From sequence record ON190024.1: a stretch of DNA of 64,000 nt. One strand, written 5' to 3'. Each line of letters starts with the position of its first letter. Position 1 is the first letter of the stretch. Under the pieces are notes generated by a model that saw only the letters and a list, made by a program, of their open reading frames with translations, ran no database searches and was not told the DNA's origin. A program made the translations under genes and the position numbers. This document shows, piece by piece, positions 43,318 through 54,458 of the stretch.

Positions 43318-44855
43318 TGTCAGGAACAAACATATTCACGCACGCGAGTGACGAGGCAAAATATGTTTACCTGCAACCGTTCACTTCTCCCGGTTCAGCT
43401 TTTGAAGCGGGAGGAGATGTTCAGAGTATTTTGGAGCAAATTGATCCAAGCGCATTGCTACCACTGCCGCCGTTACCTTATGCAACTCCGACTGAGGACG
43501 GTGCAGTTGAGTACTCGACTCAAGCAGAAGCTAATGCACTTGATGATTTATTGACTGTTCTTACACCCGAAACATTAGACGGTGTTGATCAGTTTGTATC
43601 ACCAGCAACCGATACTCAGCTAGGTAACTTACTTGAATTACGTTCAAGTGATTTGACTCGAACATATGCATCGTCAGATGCTAGTCGTTTGCTTTCATAT
43701 CGTCGTCTTGAAGAAATGATGACGACTAGAAATGCACTTGCCGATGACACAACTAATGAATCTCAGGGGTTTGCTCAGTTTGCAACTCTAGCTGAATCAT
43801 TAGCATACAACCCATCACGCATAATCTCGCCTATGCGAACGTGGAACTTGATTAAAAAAGAAATTCCAAACCCGTGGGCGCAAGCAACCGAGACATCAAC
43901 CGGTGTCGTTAGAACAGTAGCACCGAGTGATTCATTGAAATCAGATGCTTCTATCGCGATTAGTGTCAAAGGGTTTAATCATGTATCAGCAACAACTTCA
44001 AAGCGAGGTGCGTTTAAGTTAACACAAAACAACTATGATCGCAATGCAAGTGATGCAAACGAATATGCAATAACTCCCGGTACAATTGATAATTTATTGG
44101 CTACGAGTGATAAGGTCGGATTCTTTCAACTCCCTGCTACGTTCACAAACGACTCAACTCAAGCAACTAGTGCGGCATTAGGCTACGAACTTGCAAATAA
44201 ACTGAGTCCAGATGGTGGTACGATTACAGGTACGCTTCAATGTGACAACATTTACAGTAATATTGTTACGAGACAAAAGCAATACAGCTATGGCGGCTCA
44301 TATTACGTTAATGTAAGAGAAACGCGAGAAGTATTCCCGAACAATCAACTTGACGCTAAAATCGGCTTAGCAGGTCGACCAGTCGGGAGCATTTTCCATT
44401 GTACCGAAAATGTAGACCCGAATGTTGTATTTGGGGGCGTGTGGTATAGAATCAGAGCAGGTCAAACAATGATTGGTCAAGGCACGGGCGACGATGGCGT
44501 GCGTCGTCGTTACTTCTCGGCAGGGACATATCGCGATGACGACCGAGTTACATTGTACGAGCGCCATTTGCCTAGTCATAGTCACAAAAGCTGGGGTGAA
44601 ACATACTCGGGTTCTAAATCTGCATGTGTTAAGTACGGTACATATCGAAACCCGTATGGCGTGACGTATTACTGTAAAGAATACAGCTACGTTGATTATT
44701 GGAGATTTGGTAAATCTGGCTCTCGCAATAATATAGGCATGGGTTCTACTGACCGAGATAATTACATGTATTACACATCACCGGTAGGTGGCGGTCAAGC
44801 TCATGAAAACATGATGCCATTCTATCCCGTTTATATTTGGAGACGAGTTAAATGA
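43317..44855 (+). CDS. 12: short tail fibre gp12, paralog 1
   Basis: HASDEAKYV, AT...G repeats, collar (PVGSIF), HLPSHSH, HENMMPFYPVYIWRRV. Confidence 0.8.
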   Translation: MSGTNIFTHASDEAKYVYLQPFTSPGSAFEAGGDVQSILEQIDPSALLPLPPLPYATPTEDGAVEYSTQAEANALDDLLTVLTPETLDGVDQFVSPATDTQLGNLLELRSSDLTRTYASSDASRLLSYRRLEEMMTTRNALADDTTNESQGFAQFATLAESLAYNPSRIISPMRTWNLIKKEIPNPWAQATETSTGVVRTVAPSDSLKSDASIAISVKGFNHVSATTSKRGAFKLTQNNYDRNASDANEYAITPGTIDNLLATSDKVGFFQLPATFTNDSTQATSAALGYELANKLSPDGGTITGTLQCDNIYSNIVTRQKQYSYGGSYYVNVRETREVFPNNQLDAKIGLAGRPVGSIFHCTENVDPNVVFGGVWYRIRAGQTMIGQGTGDDGVRRRYFSAGTYRDDDRVTLYERHLPSHSHKSWGETYSGSKSACVKYGTYRNPYGVTYYCKEYSYVDYWRFGKSGSRNNIGMGSTDRDNYMYYTSPVGGGQAHENMMPFYPVYIWRRVK

Positions 44856-46273
44856 GTAAAGGAACTCAAATTTTCAATCACGTGATTGATGATGCGGGTA
44901 CGGTTACAGTTGAAGTCGCTGGTACTGCCTTTGACGGGCAGACTGGCGGCAACGATGATCTTCAGACGTGCCTTGAATTGATTCAAGATCACGCTGTTCA
45001 GCCGTTACCTGATTATCCAGTCGCGTCAACGACTGTGGCTGGTATTACGAAATTAAGTGATGAAGCCGCTGTAGTTGACCCGCTAAACACAGATAGCGCG
45101 GTTACGCCAAGTTCGCTTGATTATTGGATGCAAAATCACGCAACTGCAACTGAATTGCAGTATGGTTTCGTAAAGCTGATAACCGAAAGCACAATCGACA
45201 CAGTAGCACCGTCAGATCCCGTAGAAGCTGCACAAAAGCACGCATTCACGTTAAAAACGCTGAACTATGCTCTTAATACTAGATTTTACGCGACTGAATC
45301 TGACCCAGGTGCTGTGCGTCTAGCGACGAACGCGCAAGCAACGACAACAGGCACACTTTCAACGACTGTAGCAATGACGCCGCAGCGAGTTAAAGAAATG
45401 CTTGACGTGTGGGCAAATACAACTGCATCAGACGCATCCGAAACTACAAAAGGGTTGATTCGACTAGCAAACGGGACTGAAGTCAACAGTACATTAGCGA
45501 CTGAAGATAACTTGGCAATTTCGCCATATCGTTTTAACTTTAGAACAGCAACTACGACTCGTAAGGCAGGGTTTTATCTACCCGACGCTACAGTTGCCAA
45601 CGCTCGTGCGTCGAACGAACATGCAGTTACAGTGGGCACATTGAATCTATTCAGTGCAAATAGTTCTCGTGTGGGTGTTGCTAAAATAGCAAATAACCTG
45701 ACGACGAATGATCCGTTACAAGCTCTAAGCGCAGCAATGGGTTATAAGTTGAATAACGAGAAGATTGGCGATGCAGGTGGTACAGTCACGGGTACCCTGA
45801 AGATCAACAATGTTCAGTCAGTTGGCGGAACTCAGTTGATGACTAATGGTCTAATTGAATCGCAAGCAATGCTTAATATGTATCCAGTCGGTTCAGTTTA
45901 CATGTCGTTAGTATCAACATCACCGGCTACACTTTTCGGTGGTACATGGGCTAGATTGGCACAAGGTCGTGTTCTTGTTTCAGAGGGTTCATATGGCGGG
46001 AGAACTTTTGCAGTTCGCCAAACTGGCGGCGAGTATGAAGTTCAGCTAACTGAAGCAACAATCCCTGCTCATAAACACGCTGGTTGGGGTGAACATTACG
46101 ACGGTAACGGTATCGGGTTTGGCGTTGCGAAGCAATACGGGCGTAATAACCCAGGTTCTCGTAGAACAGACAGTGACAACTATCTATACTACACGTCACC
46201 GGTCGGTGGTAACCAAGCACACAACAACGTACAGCCATACTATACTGTTTACATGTGGGAAAGAACTGCATAA
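44852..46273 (+). CDS. short tail fibre gp12-like, paralog 2
   Basis: ASTTVAGITKL / ASETTKGLIRLA repeats, YPVGSVY collar, IPAHKH, HNNVQPYYTVYMWERTA. Confidence 0.8.
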   Translation: MSKGTQIFNHVIDDAGTVTVEVAGTAFDGQTGGNDDLQTCLELIQDHAVQPLPDYPVASTTVAGITKLSDEAAVVDPLNTDSAVTPSSLDYWMQNHATATELQYGFVKLITESTIDTVAPSDPVEAAQKHAFTLKTLNYALNTRFYATESDPGAVRLATNAQATTTGTLSTTVAMTPQRVKEMLDVWANTTASDASETTKGLIRLANGTEVNSTLATEDNLAISPYRFNFRTATTTRKAGFYLPDATVANARASNEHAVTVGTLNLFSANSSRVGVAKIANNLTTNDPLQALSAAMGYKLNNEKIGDAGGTVTGTLKINNVQSVGGTQLMTNGLIESQAMLNMYPVGSVYMSLVSTSPATLFGGTWARLAQGRVLVSEGSYGGRTFAVRQTGGEYEVQLTEATIPAHKHAGWGEHYDGNGIGFGVAKQYGRNNPGSRRTDSDNYLYYTSPVGGNQAHNNVQPYYTVYMWERTA

Positions 46274-46387
46274 AGACAAGCATAGTATAACGCATATGTC
46301 AATGTGAATAAACGGGTGAGATTGATTTCTCACCCTTTTTTGTATGAGCGAAGCGGTAGAAACGGATCGAGGCGGAAAAATTCCGTC

Positions 46388-46432
46388 TCATCTTAGTAGT
46401 ATTAGTGGTTTTAGTGAAGTTAGAGATATTAG
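46388..46432. repeat. 45-bp TTAG-periodic element, copy 2 (inverted)
   Basis: 43/45 identity to the reverse complement of 20341-20385. Confidence 0.9.
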
Positions 46433-46524
46433 TATGATTAGTATTAAATACTTGTTTAAATCCATGAATGTACCTGCTATTATAAACGCATAAAGACATC
46501 TCCCTCCTTGATCCTTTGTATTGC

Positions 46525-46532
46525 TATAAATA
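46525..46532 (+). promoter_or_regulatory. late promoter TATAAATA (wac)
   Basis: Exact consensus. Confidence 0.8.
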
Positions 46533-46571
46533 GTAGTAAGCTATGTTCATTTACAATACAAGGGAACAAAA

Positions 46572-48251
46572 ATGACAATTCAAAAGCCTATCATTACAGA
46601 GCTTAGATATGTAAATGGTCAACCAGATCCTTCTCAACGTCCCGATCAAACTCGAATTAACTGGGCTAAGAATGGTGAGAGCATCAATGGTGCTTCTGGT
46701 GACACGGTTTCTGACGGTGTGCTAAACCGCGCAGGAGTACAGATCCAAGAAAACGTTCTGAACACACATTATAATACAAAAGCACAGCAAACGACAATTG
46801 AAGAACTTGTCGATACCGTAAACGAACTGACGGGTGGCGGCGACGCAAACCTTGGTACTCGTGTTTCTCAGACTGAATTCGATATTGATGTTCTTGAAAA
46901 TCAAGTAGATGATCTTCAAGACAATGTTGGTGTACCGTCTACTATTGATGTTATGGCAACAGGTTTATATCGTCGCGCTGAAGACATCGAAGCTGATATT
47001 GGTGTTCGTAACCCAAATGACATCCCAAATGACGTTGAAAATAACGACACGATTCGTAAAGACTTGTATTTCATCAAACGTCGTATCGGTAACGACCGTA
47101 ACTACGATGTAAACGGGAATTCATCTCCGAGTACAAACCCAACTGGTATGAAATATCAGATTGAAGATTTGTACAACAAAACTGCAACGATCAATGCTGA
47201 AATTGGTGAAAACACAATCCCGTTGACAATCAATGGTCGTCTGTATGAGTTGGAGCAAAACTCACAAGTTGGTGACGTTGCTGAAATTCGTAGCGAAATC
47301 GGCGATTCTCAAGATGCAGATCCTGCTCGTACGATTTATTTGCGCCTTGACGACGCAGAAAGTGCGATTAGTGACAATTCATCAGACATCAATTTGTTGC
47401 AACAAGAAATCGAAACTCCAACAACTGGTCTAATTGATCGTGTTTCGGCTAATGAAACTGCAATTTCAGACGGTCAGACGCAAATCACTGCTAATGCTCA
47501 GTCAATTACTGACATTACAACTGACCTTGGCTCGTACTCAGTAGGTGACGTGTATGCAGGTACCGTTAAAGCTCGTCTATCGACGTTTAGCGACGACATT
47601 TCTAATCTATGGGGTCGTTTAGGGGCTACTGACGCAGAGACTGGCACAGTGTCGTACAGAGTGGCAGGATTAGAGGCTAGTCTAGGGGATCGCGATAGTC
47701 CGGTTGAATTCACAGCGTGGTACACTATTCAAGAAAACCGTGGTCTGATTGACTCAGCTCAGTCGGATGTTGATGGTCTATTGACTGTAGTCGGTCAGAG
47801 TGATACTGAAGTGGGTACTTTGCGTGCTCGTGTTCTTGAGCTTGAAGCCAACTTGGATTATGCAATGTTGACTTCAGACACGCCAAACACGGCATCGTTG
47901 ACAACAACACCGACAGACATGTTCAGTTTATTCAACGTTGAATCAGACGTAAGTGGTTTCACATACACAGGTGGTGTTTTGACTAGAACTGGTCTTGGTA
48001 TTAAAAAGCCGATCATGTTGAACTGGGTAGTTGTTTCGCCAACTACAACAACACTTACGATTAAGATTGATATTGTCAATCCGTCTGGTAGTGTTACTAT
48101 TGAAAAAACACGTACGCTTCGTGCAGGTGCAGTTACGCCGATCAATATTGTTCACGTTGCTGACATTGAAGACACTGGTGACATTAGTATTCTTGCTAGT
48201 ACTGCGGCAAACGTTACGATTGAACACGAATCGTTCTTCATGCAACTATAA
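46572..48251 (+). CDS. wac: fibritin (whisker/neck)
   Basis: RINWAKNGE...DGVLNR N-terminus, long segmented coiled coil. Confidence 0.88.
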   Translation: MTIQKPIITELRYVNGQPDPSQRPDQTRINWAKNGESINGASGDTVSDGVLNRAGVQIQENVLNTHYNTKAQQTTIEELVDTVNELTGGGDANLGTRVSQTEFDIDVLENQVDDLQDNVGVPSTIDVMATGLYRRAEDIEADIGVRNPNDIPNDVENNDTIRKDLYFIKRRIGNDRNYDVNGNSSPSTNPTGMKYQIEDLYNKTATINAEIGENTIPLTINGRLYELEQNSQVGDVAEIRSEIGDSQDADPARTIYLRLDDAESAISDNSSDINLLQQEIETPTTGLIDRVSANETAISDGQTQITANAQSITDITTDLGSYSVGDVYAGTVKARLSTFSDDISNLWGRLGATDAETGTVSYRVAGLEASLGDRDSPVEFTAWYTIQENRGLIDSAQSDVDGLLTVVGQSDTEVGTLRARVLELEANLDYAMLTSDTPNTASLTTTPTDMFSLFNVESDVSGFTYTGGVLTRTGLGIKKPIMLNWVVVSPTTTTLTIKIDIVNPSGSVTIEKTRTLRAGAVTPINIVHVADIEDTGDISILASTAANVTIEHESFFMQL

Positions 48252-48261
48252 GGGGTAATTT

Positions 48262-49185
48262 ATGCAAGCGTATAACGCCACATCGCCTCGTGAAATGAAA
48301 GATTTGATTTTAAGGCGCCTAGGTGCGCCTATTGTCAACGTCGAAGTATCTGAAGATCAGGTATACGACTGTATTTCTCGTGCGCTTGAATTATACATTG
48401 AGTATCATCCAGACGGTGTTAATAAAACGTATTCTATCATTTCATTATCTGAAGAGCAAGCTCAGACAGGCATCATCGACTTGGATATCCCTGCGACTGC
48501 TATCACTAAGATTTTGCGTGCAGAAAGTTCGTTTTTCACTATGGATGGTAATGCTACTTACTCATGGTTTAGTGATTTTCTACAAGGTCTAGCTGGCGGT
48601 CCCGGTGCGGGGTCGTGTAACTCATATCATCAGGGGATGTTAGGTCAAGGTAGTCTAAGTGATTACTGGAACTTGATGTCATACAAAAATATGTTGACTG
48701 ACTTGTTATCGCCTGAATACGATTATTGGTATAATGGCGTAAACAAGCAGCTTCGAATCAATGCAAACTTGAGTGCAGGTGAGCTTATTGTAGTTGAAGC
48801 ATTTGTTCCTAGCGCGTTGTTGGTTTCTGAATCAGCAACTGGTATTATTGGTAACAAAGCAGCTACTATCGGCTCATATGAAGATACGACTGCACAAGAG
48901 CGTTGGGATGACCCATACAGCATTCTTCGTCAGAACAACACAATCGGTAACCCGAACCAATTCGCTGAACAAAATGCTTATTCAGTTCGCTGGGTTAAAG
49001 ACATGGCAACCGCTATGACTAAGCAAATGAACGGCGTTATCTTGAAAAAACATCAAGGGTTGCAATTGCCAGGTGGAATTACAATTGATGGTAAGGAAAT
49101 TTACGATGAGGCAACTCAAGAGATTGAGAGGCTACGTGAAGAGCTAATGTCATTGACTGTTCCGCTAGGCGTATTCATGGGGTGA
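48262..49185 (+). CDS. 13: neck protein gp13
   Basis: LILRRLGAPIVNVEV, LPGGITIDG. Confidence 0.93.
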   Translation: MQAYNATSPREMKDLILRRLGAPIVNVEVSEDQVYDCISRALELYIEYHPDGVNKTYSIISLSEEQAQTGIIDLDIPATAITKILRAESSFFTMDGNATYSWFSDFLQGLAGGPGAGSCNSYHQGMLGQGSLSDYWNLMSYKNMLTDLLSPEYDYWYNGVNKQLRINANLSAGELIVVEAFVPSALLVSESATGIIGNKAATIGSYEDTTAQERWDDPYSILRQNNTIGNPNQFAEQNAYSVRWVKDMATAMTKQMNGVILKKHQGLQLPGGITIDGKEIYDEATQEIERLREELMSLTVPLGVFMG

Positions 49186-49188
49186 TTT

Positions 49189-50025
49189 ATGGGAGCATAC
49201 GACACTAATACGGGTGGTATGTTCGCTAAGTTAGAAAGTCAAAAAGGGTATGATCAGATTTACAACAATCACTTGGTCAACCCTTATTTTAACTGGGTGA
49301 ATCATACTAATGAGCAGAATCTAACGGACATGCTCGTAGCAGAATCAATCATCAACCGAGGGGTTGAATGTGTGTATCTGCGAAGAGAAATGGAAAAGGT
49401 CGATCTTGTGTTCGGCGAAGACCCAATGAGTAAATTCACTCAGAACTTTCGAATGTCTCTTTACGTCGAATCATTTGAGGGGTGGGATGGTGACGGCGAT
49501 TGGTACAGTAAATTCGGATTTCAAGTGAATGATGAAATGAACGTCTGTATCAACCCGAAATTATTCGCGCAACAAGGCGACGGTAAGCAGCCGTTAATGG
49601 GTGATTTAATTTACTTCCCGCTTGCAAATAGTCTTTTTGAGATTAGTTGGATTGAGCGCGAAGACCCGTGGTATATGAACGGTGTTTTACCTATGCGCAA
49701 GATGAAAATGACTAAATTCGTTTACTCTGGTGAAGAAATTAATCTTGAGAAGCCAGAGGCAGTCATTGATTCAATTGACGATATTCTAAACTTTGGAGAA
49801 GATACTGACGAAATGATTGACATTGACAAAATCAATGCACTTGACGGGCGTTGGGATATTGGTATCGAACAAGGTGCTGAAATTACTCAAATCGAAGATG
49901 AAGTTGACAAGTTCTATGAGTCTGAGCAAGTCGTGCCTAGCGGCAGTGACGTTCAGCCTACAGACCCGCGCAACGCAACGATTGGTTTCAATGTAAATAA
50001 CAGTAATCCATTCGACAGTTTTTAA
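49189..50025 (+). CDS. 14: neck protein gp14
   Basis: LVAESIINRG, FGEDPMSKF, SKFGF, GDLIYFP. Confidence 0.93.
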   Translation: MGAYDTNTGGMFAKLESQKGYDQIYNNHLVNPYFNWVNHTNEQNLTDMLVAESIINRGVECVYLRREMEKVDLVFGEDPMSKFTQNFRMSLYVESFEGWDGDGDWYSKFGFQVNDEMNVCINPKLFAQQGDGKQPLMGDLIYFPLANSLFEISWIEREDPWYMNGVLPMRKMKMTKFVYSGEEINLEKPEAVIDSIDDILNFGEDTDEMIDIDKINALDGRWDIGIEQGAEITQIEDEVDKFYESEQVVPSGSDVQPTDPRNATIGFNVNNSNPFDSF

Positions 50026-50034
50026 GGGGGCATC

Positions 50035-51387
50035 GTGAAAGGGTATTTCTATCACAGATCGATACGAAAATACGTTCTCTTGATGGGAAACTTGTTCTCT
50101 AACATATACGTGTCTCGCGGAGACGGGTATAGAAAGGTGCCAATTACAGTTTCATCAAAGGAGCACTTTGTTGCATCTTTGAACAGTCAAGAGCTTAACG
50201 GCGACGGTAGCGTGGCAAATGTAGCTACGCTGCTACCAAGAATTGGCTTGGACATGGTTTCGTGTACGTATGACGCTACTCGAAAGACAAACATTGCAAA
50301 TCGTAAGCTGACACGTGACTTTACGGGAGACCGACCTAAGTCGAACAAGTTGTTTAACCCTGTCCCTTACGACTTCGAATTTGAAGTGAGCGTTTATACG
50401 CGACATCAGGATGATGCATTTCAGATTATAGAACAAATACTACCATATTTTCAACCTCAGTTCAATACAATGATCAAAGAGCTTGATGAAAATGAAGTTG
50501 TGGTAGACCAGCGTGATATTCCGATCATCTTAGAATCGGCTGTTCCTGAGACAACGTTCGAGGGTGCGGCTGGTGATATGAGACACATCGAATGGACGCT
50601 TAACTTGCGAATGAAAGGTTGGCTATATCCGCCTACAAACGCACAGTTTGGTGAAATCAGAACGATTTACCTAAACTTTCAAGATGAAGAACAAACGATC
50701 ATTCACGCAGAGCGCGAAGCAGTTACAAGCTCTTACGACATTCTTTGGAAAGTTCGCTCAGAGGTTGAAGCACTTAATACGTTCGGGTGGCGTCATAGCG
50801 TTGATAGTCTATACGGTCTTGTATGGAACACACGTGGCGATATTGTCAGCGATCTTGAAATTGACTGGAATCGTCGATTCAGCATCACAGATGCATTGCA
50901 AATTGATTGGTCAACACGTTCAAGCGCGAGTTCTGAGCTATTGGTTGATTGGAATATTCGTGATGTCGTCGGTCGAGACTACGATGTTGACTGGTACAAC
51001 CGTCAGATCATTGAAAGCACGTACGAATCGCCTTGGGGCGTATCACCTATTGCTTCTAATGAACTGGCAATCAACTGGGATACACGTGGGTTTGTTGAAC
51101 TCAACACCGACATTCAGTGGTCAGAGGGTGCAATTGCTGAAAGTAGCTTAGATGTTGATTGGAATCGTTCTCAATATGTTGAAGCAGTGTCAGACATAGA
51201 TTGGTCGACTCGCGCAGTCGTAACATCGGTCAATGACATAGATTGGTCAACACGTTCTGAACTATCGGCATCTACTGATATTAACTACAACATGTCGTCA
51301 CAAGTAACAAGCAGCTACGAAATGTACTACCTACCGGGTGAACTTGCTTGGAACTTCACTGACGTGACGTACAACATTGAAAACTAA
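50035..51387 (+). CDS. 15: tail sheath stabiliser gp15 with C-terminal repeat extension
   Basis: YFYHRSIRKYV, PVPYDF, QIIEQILPYFQP, KGWLYPP, then DW-repeats. Confidence 0.9.
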   Translation: MKGYFYHRSIRKYVLLMGNLFSNIYVSRGDGYRKVPITVSSKEHFVASLNSQELNGDGSVANVATLLPRIGLDMVSCTYDATRKTNIANRKLTRDFTGDRPKSNKLFNPVPYDFEFEVSVYTRHQDDAFQIIEQILPYFQPQFNTMIKELDENEVVVDQRDIPIILESAVPETTFEGAAGDMRHIEWTLNLRMKGWLYPPTNAQFGEIRTIYLNFQDEEQTIIHAEREAVTSSYDILWKVRSEVEALNTFGWRHSVDSLYGLVWNTRGDIVSDLEIDWNRRFSITDALQIDWSTRSSASSELLVDWNIRDVVGRDYDVDWYNRQIIESTYESPWGVSPIASNELAINWDTRGFVELNTDIQWSEGAIAESSLDVDWNRSQYVEAVSDIDWSTRAVVTSVNDIDWSTRSELSASTDINYNMSSQVTSSYEMYYLPGELAWNFTDVTYNIEN

Positions 51388-51441
51388 TACGTATGGTCTT
51401 CTAAATATGAAGACCATCCTTATCTTTTTGGAGAGCTAACA

Positions 51442-51990
51442 ATGCCTATCGTAACAGGTGATTTGAAATTTAAGAAAAGTCTGCACGTAGTTGCAGCGGG
51501 ACCGGGTAACGGCAATACGCATGATCTAGAAATTGATTCACTTGGTGGCGGTATTAGTGCTACTGAATTAGTGTCTGGTGAATTGCACGGTCTTTTTGAT
51601 GCTGTGCCGTCAGCGGAAGCAGCATCAGGACGTGTTGAGTATCGTTTGATTTACGTACAGAACACACACGCTACATTGACACTGTATGATGCGAAAGTAT
51701 TCATCTTTGCAAATACAGCATCGCCAGATTCAACAATCGAAATCGGTCTAGACCCTGTAGCAGGCAATGGCGTTGACTCGCTGATCTTGCTAGATGATGA
51801 AGTTGACTCAGGTAATGAATTGTCTGCGGTAGTATTCGGTGAACATTCTGATTTCGCATCAGGTCTAGACATCGGTAATCTACAAGCAGGTGAACAACGC
51901 GCCGTTTGGGTTCGTCGTACAATCAGTCCGGGTGCAGCGGCAGCGGCAGAAACTGCAACAATATCATTGCGCGGTGACACTGACGCTTAA
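51442..51990 (+). CDS. hypothetical late (probably virion) protein
   Basis: 182 aa beta-rich; EYRLIYVQN, VWVRRTISPGA; own TAAATA. Confidence 0.75.
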   Translation: MPIVTGDLKFKKSLHVVAAGPGNGNTHDLEIDSLGGGISATELVSGELHGLFDAVPSAEAASGRVEYRLIYVQNTHATLTLYDAKVFIFANTASPDSTIEIGLDPVAGNGVDSLILLDDEVDSGNELSAVVFGEHSDFASGLDIGNLQAGEQRAVWVRRTISPGAAAAAETATISLRGDTDA

Positions 51991-52101
51991 ATGCTTATTT
52001 TAACGCTGTGTGCAGCTCGTACGCAGCGTTTGTCTATTTTATTGAGTGTTTGTACTCATATTATTGAAAAGACGCTCACAGAGCGTTTTAGAGAGGAACG
52101 T

Positions 52102-54412
<2,311 letters not shown>

Positions 54413-54413
54413 T

Positions 54414-54421
54414 TATAAATA
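54414..54421 (+). promoter_or_regulatory. late promoter TATAAATA (gene 18)
   Basis: Exact consensus. Confidence 0.8.
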
Positions 54422-54458
54422 TTGAATGAACAAACAACTTAATGGTAAGGAAAAATAA

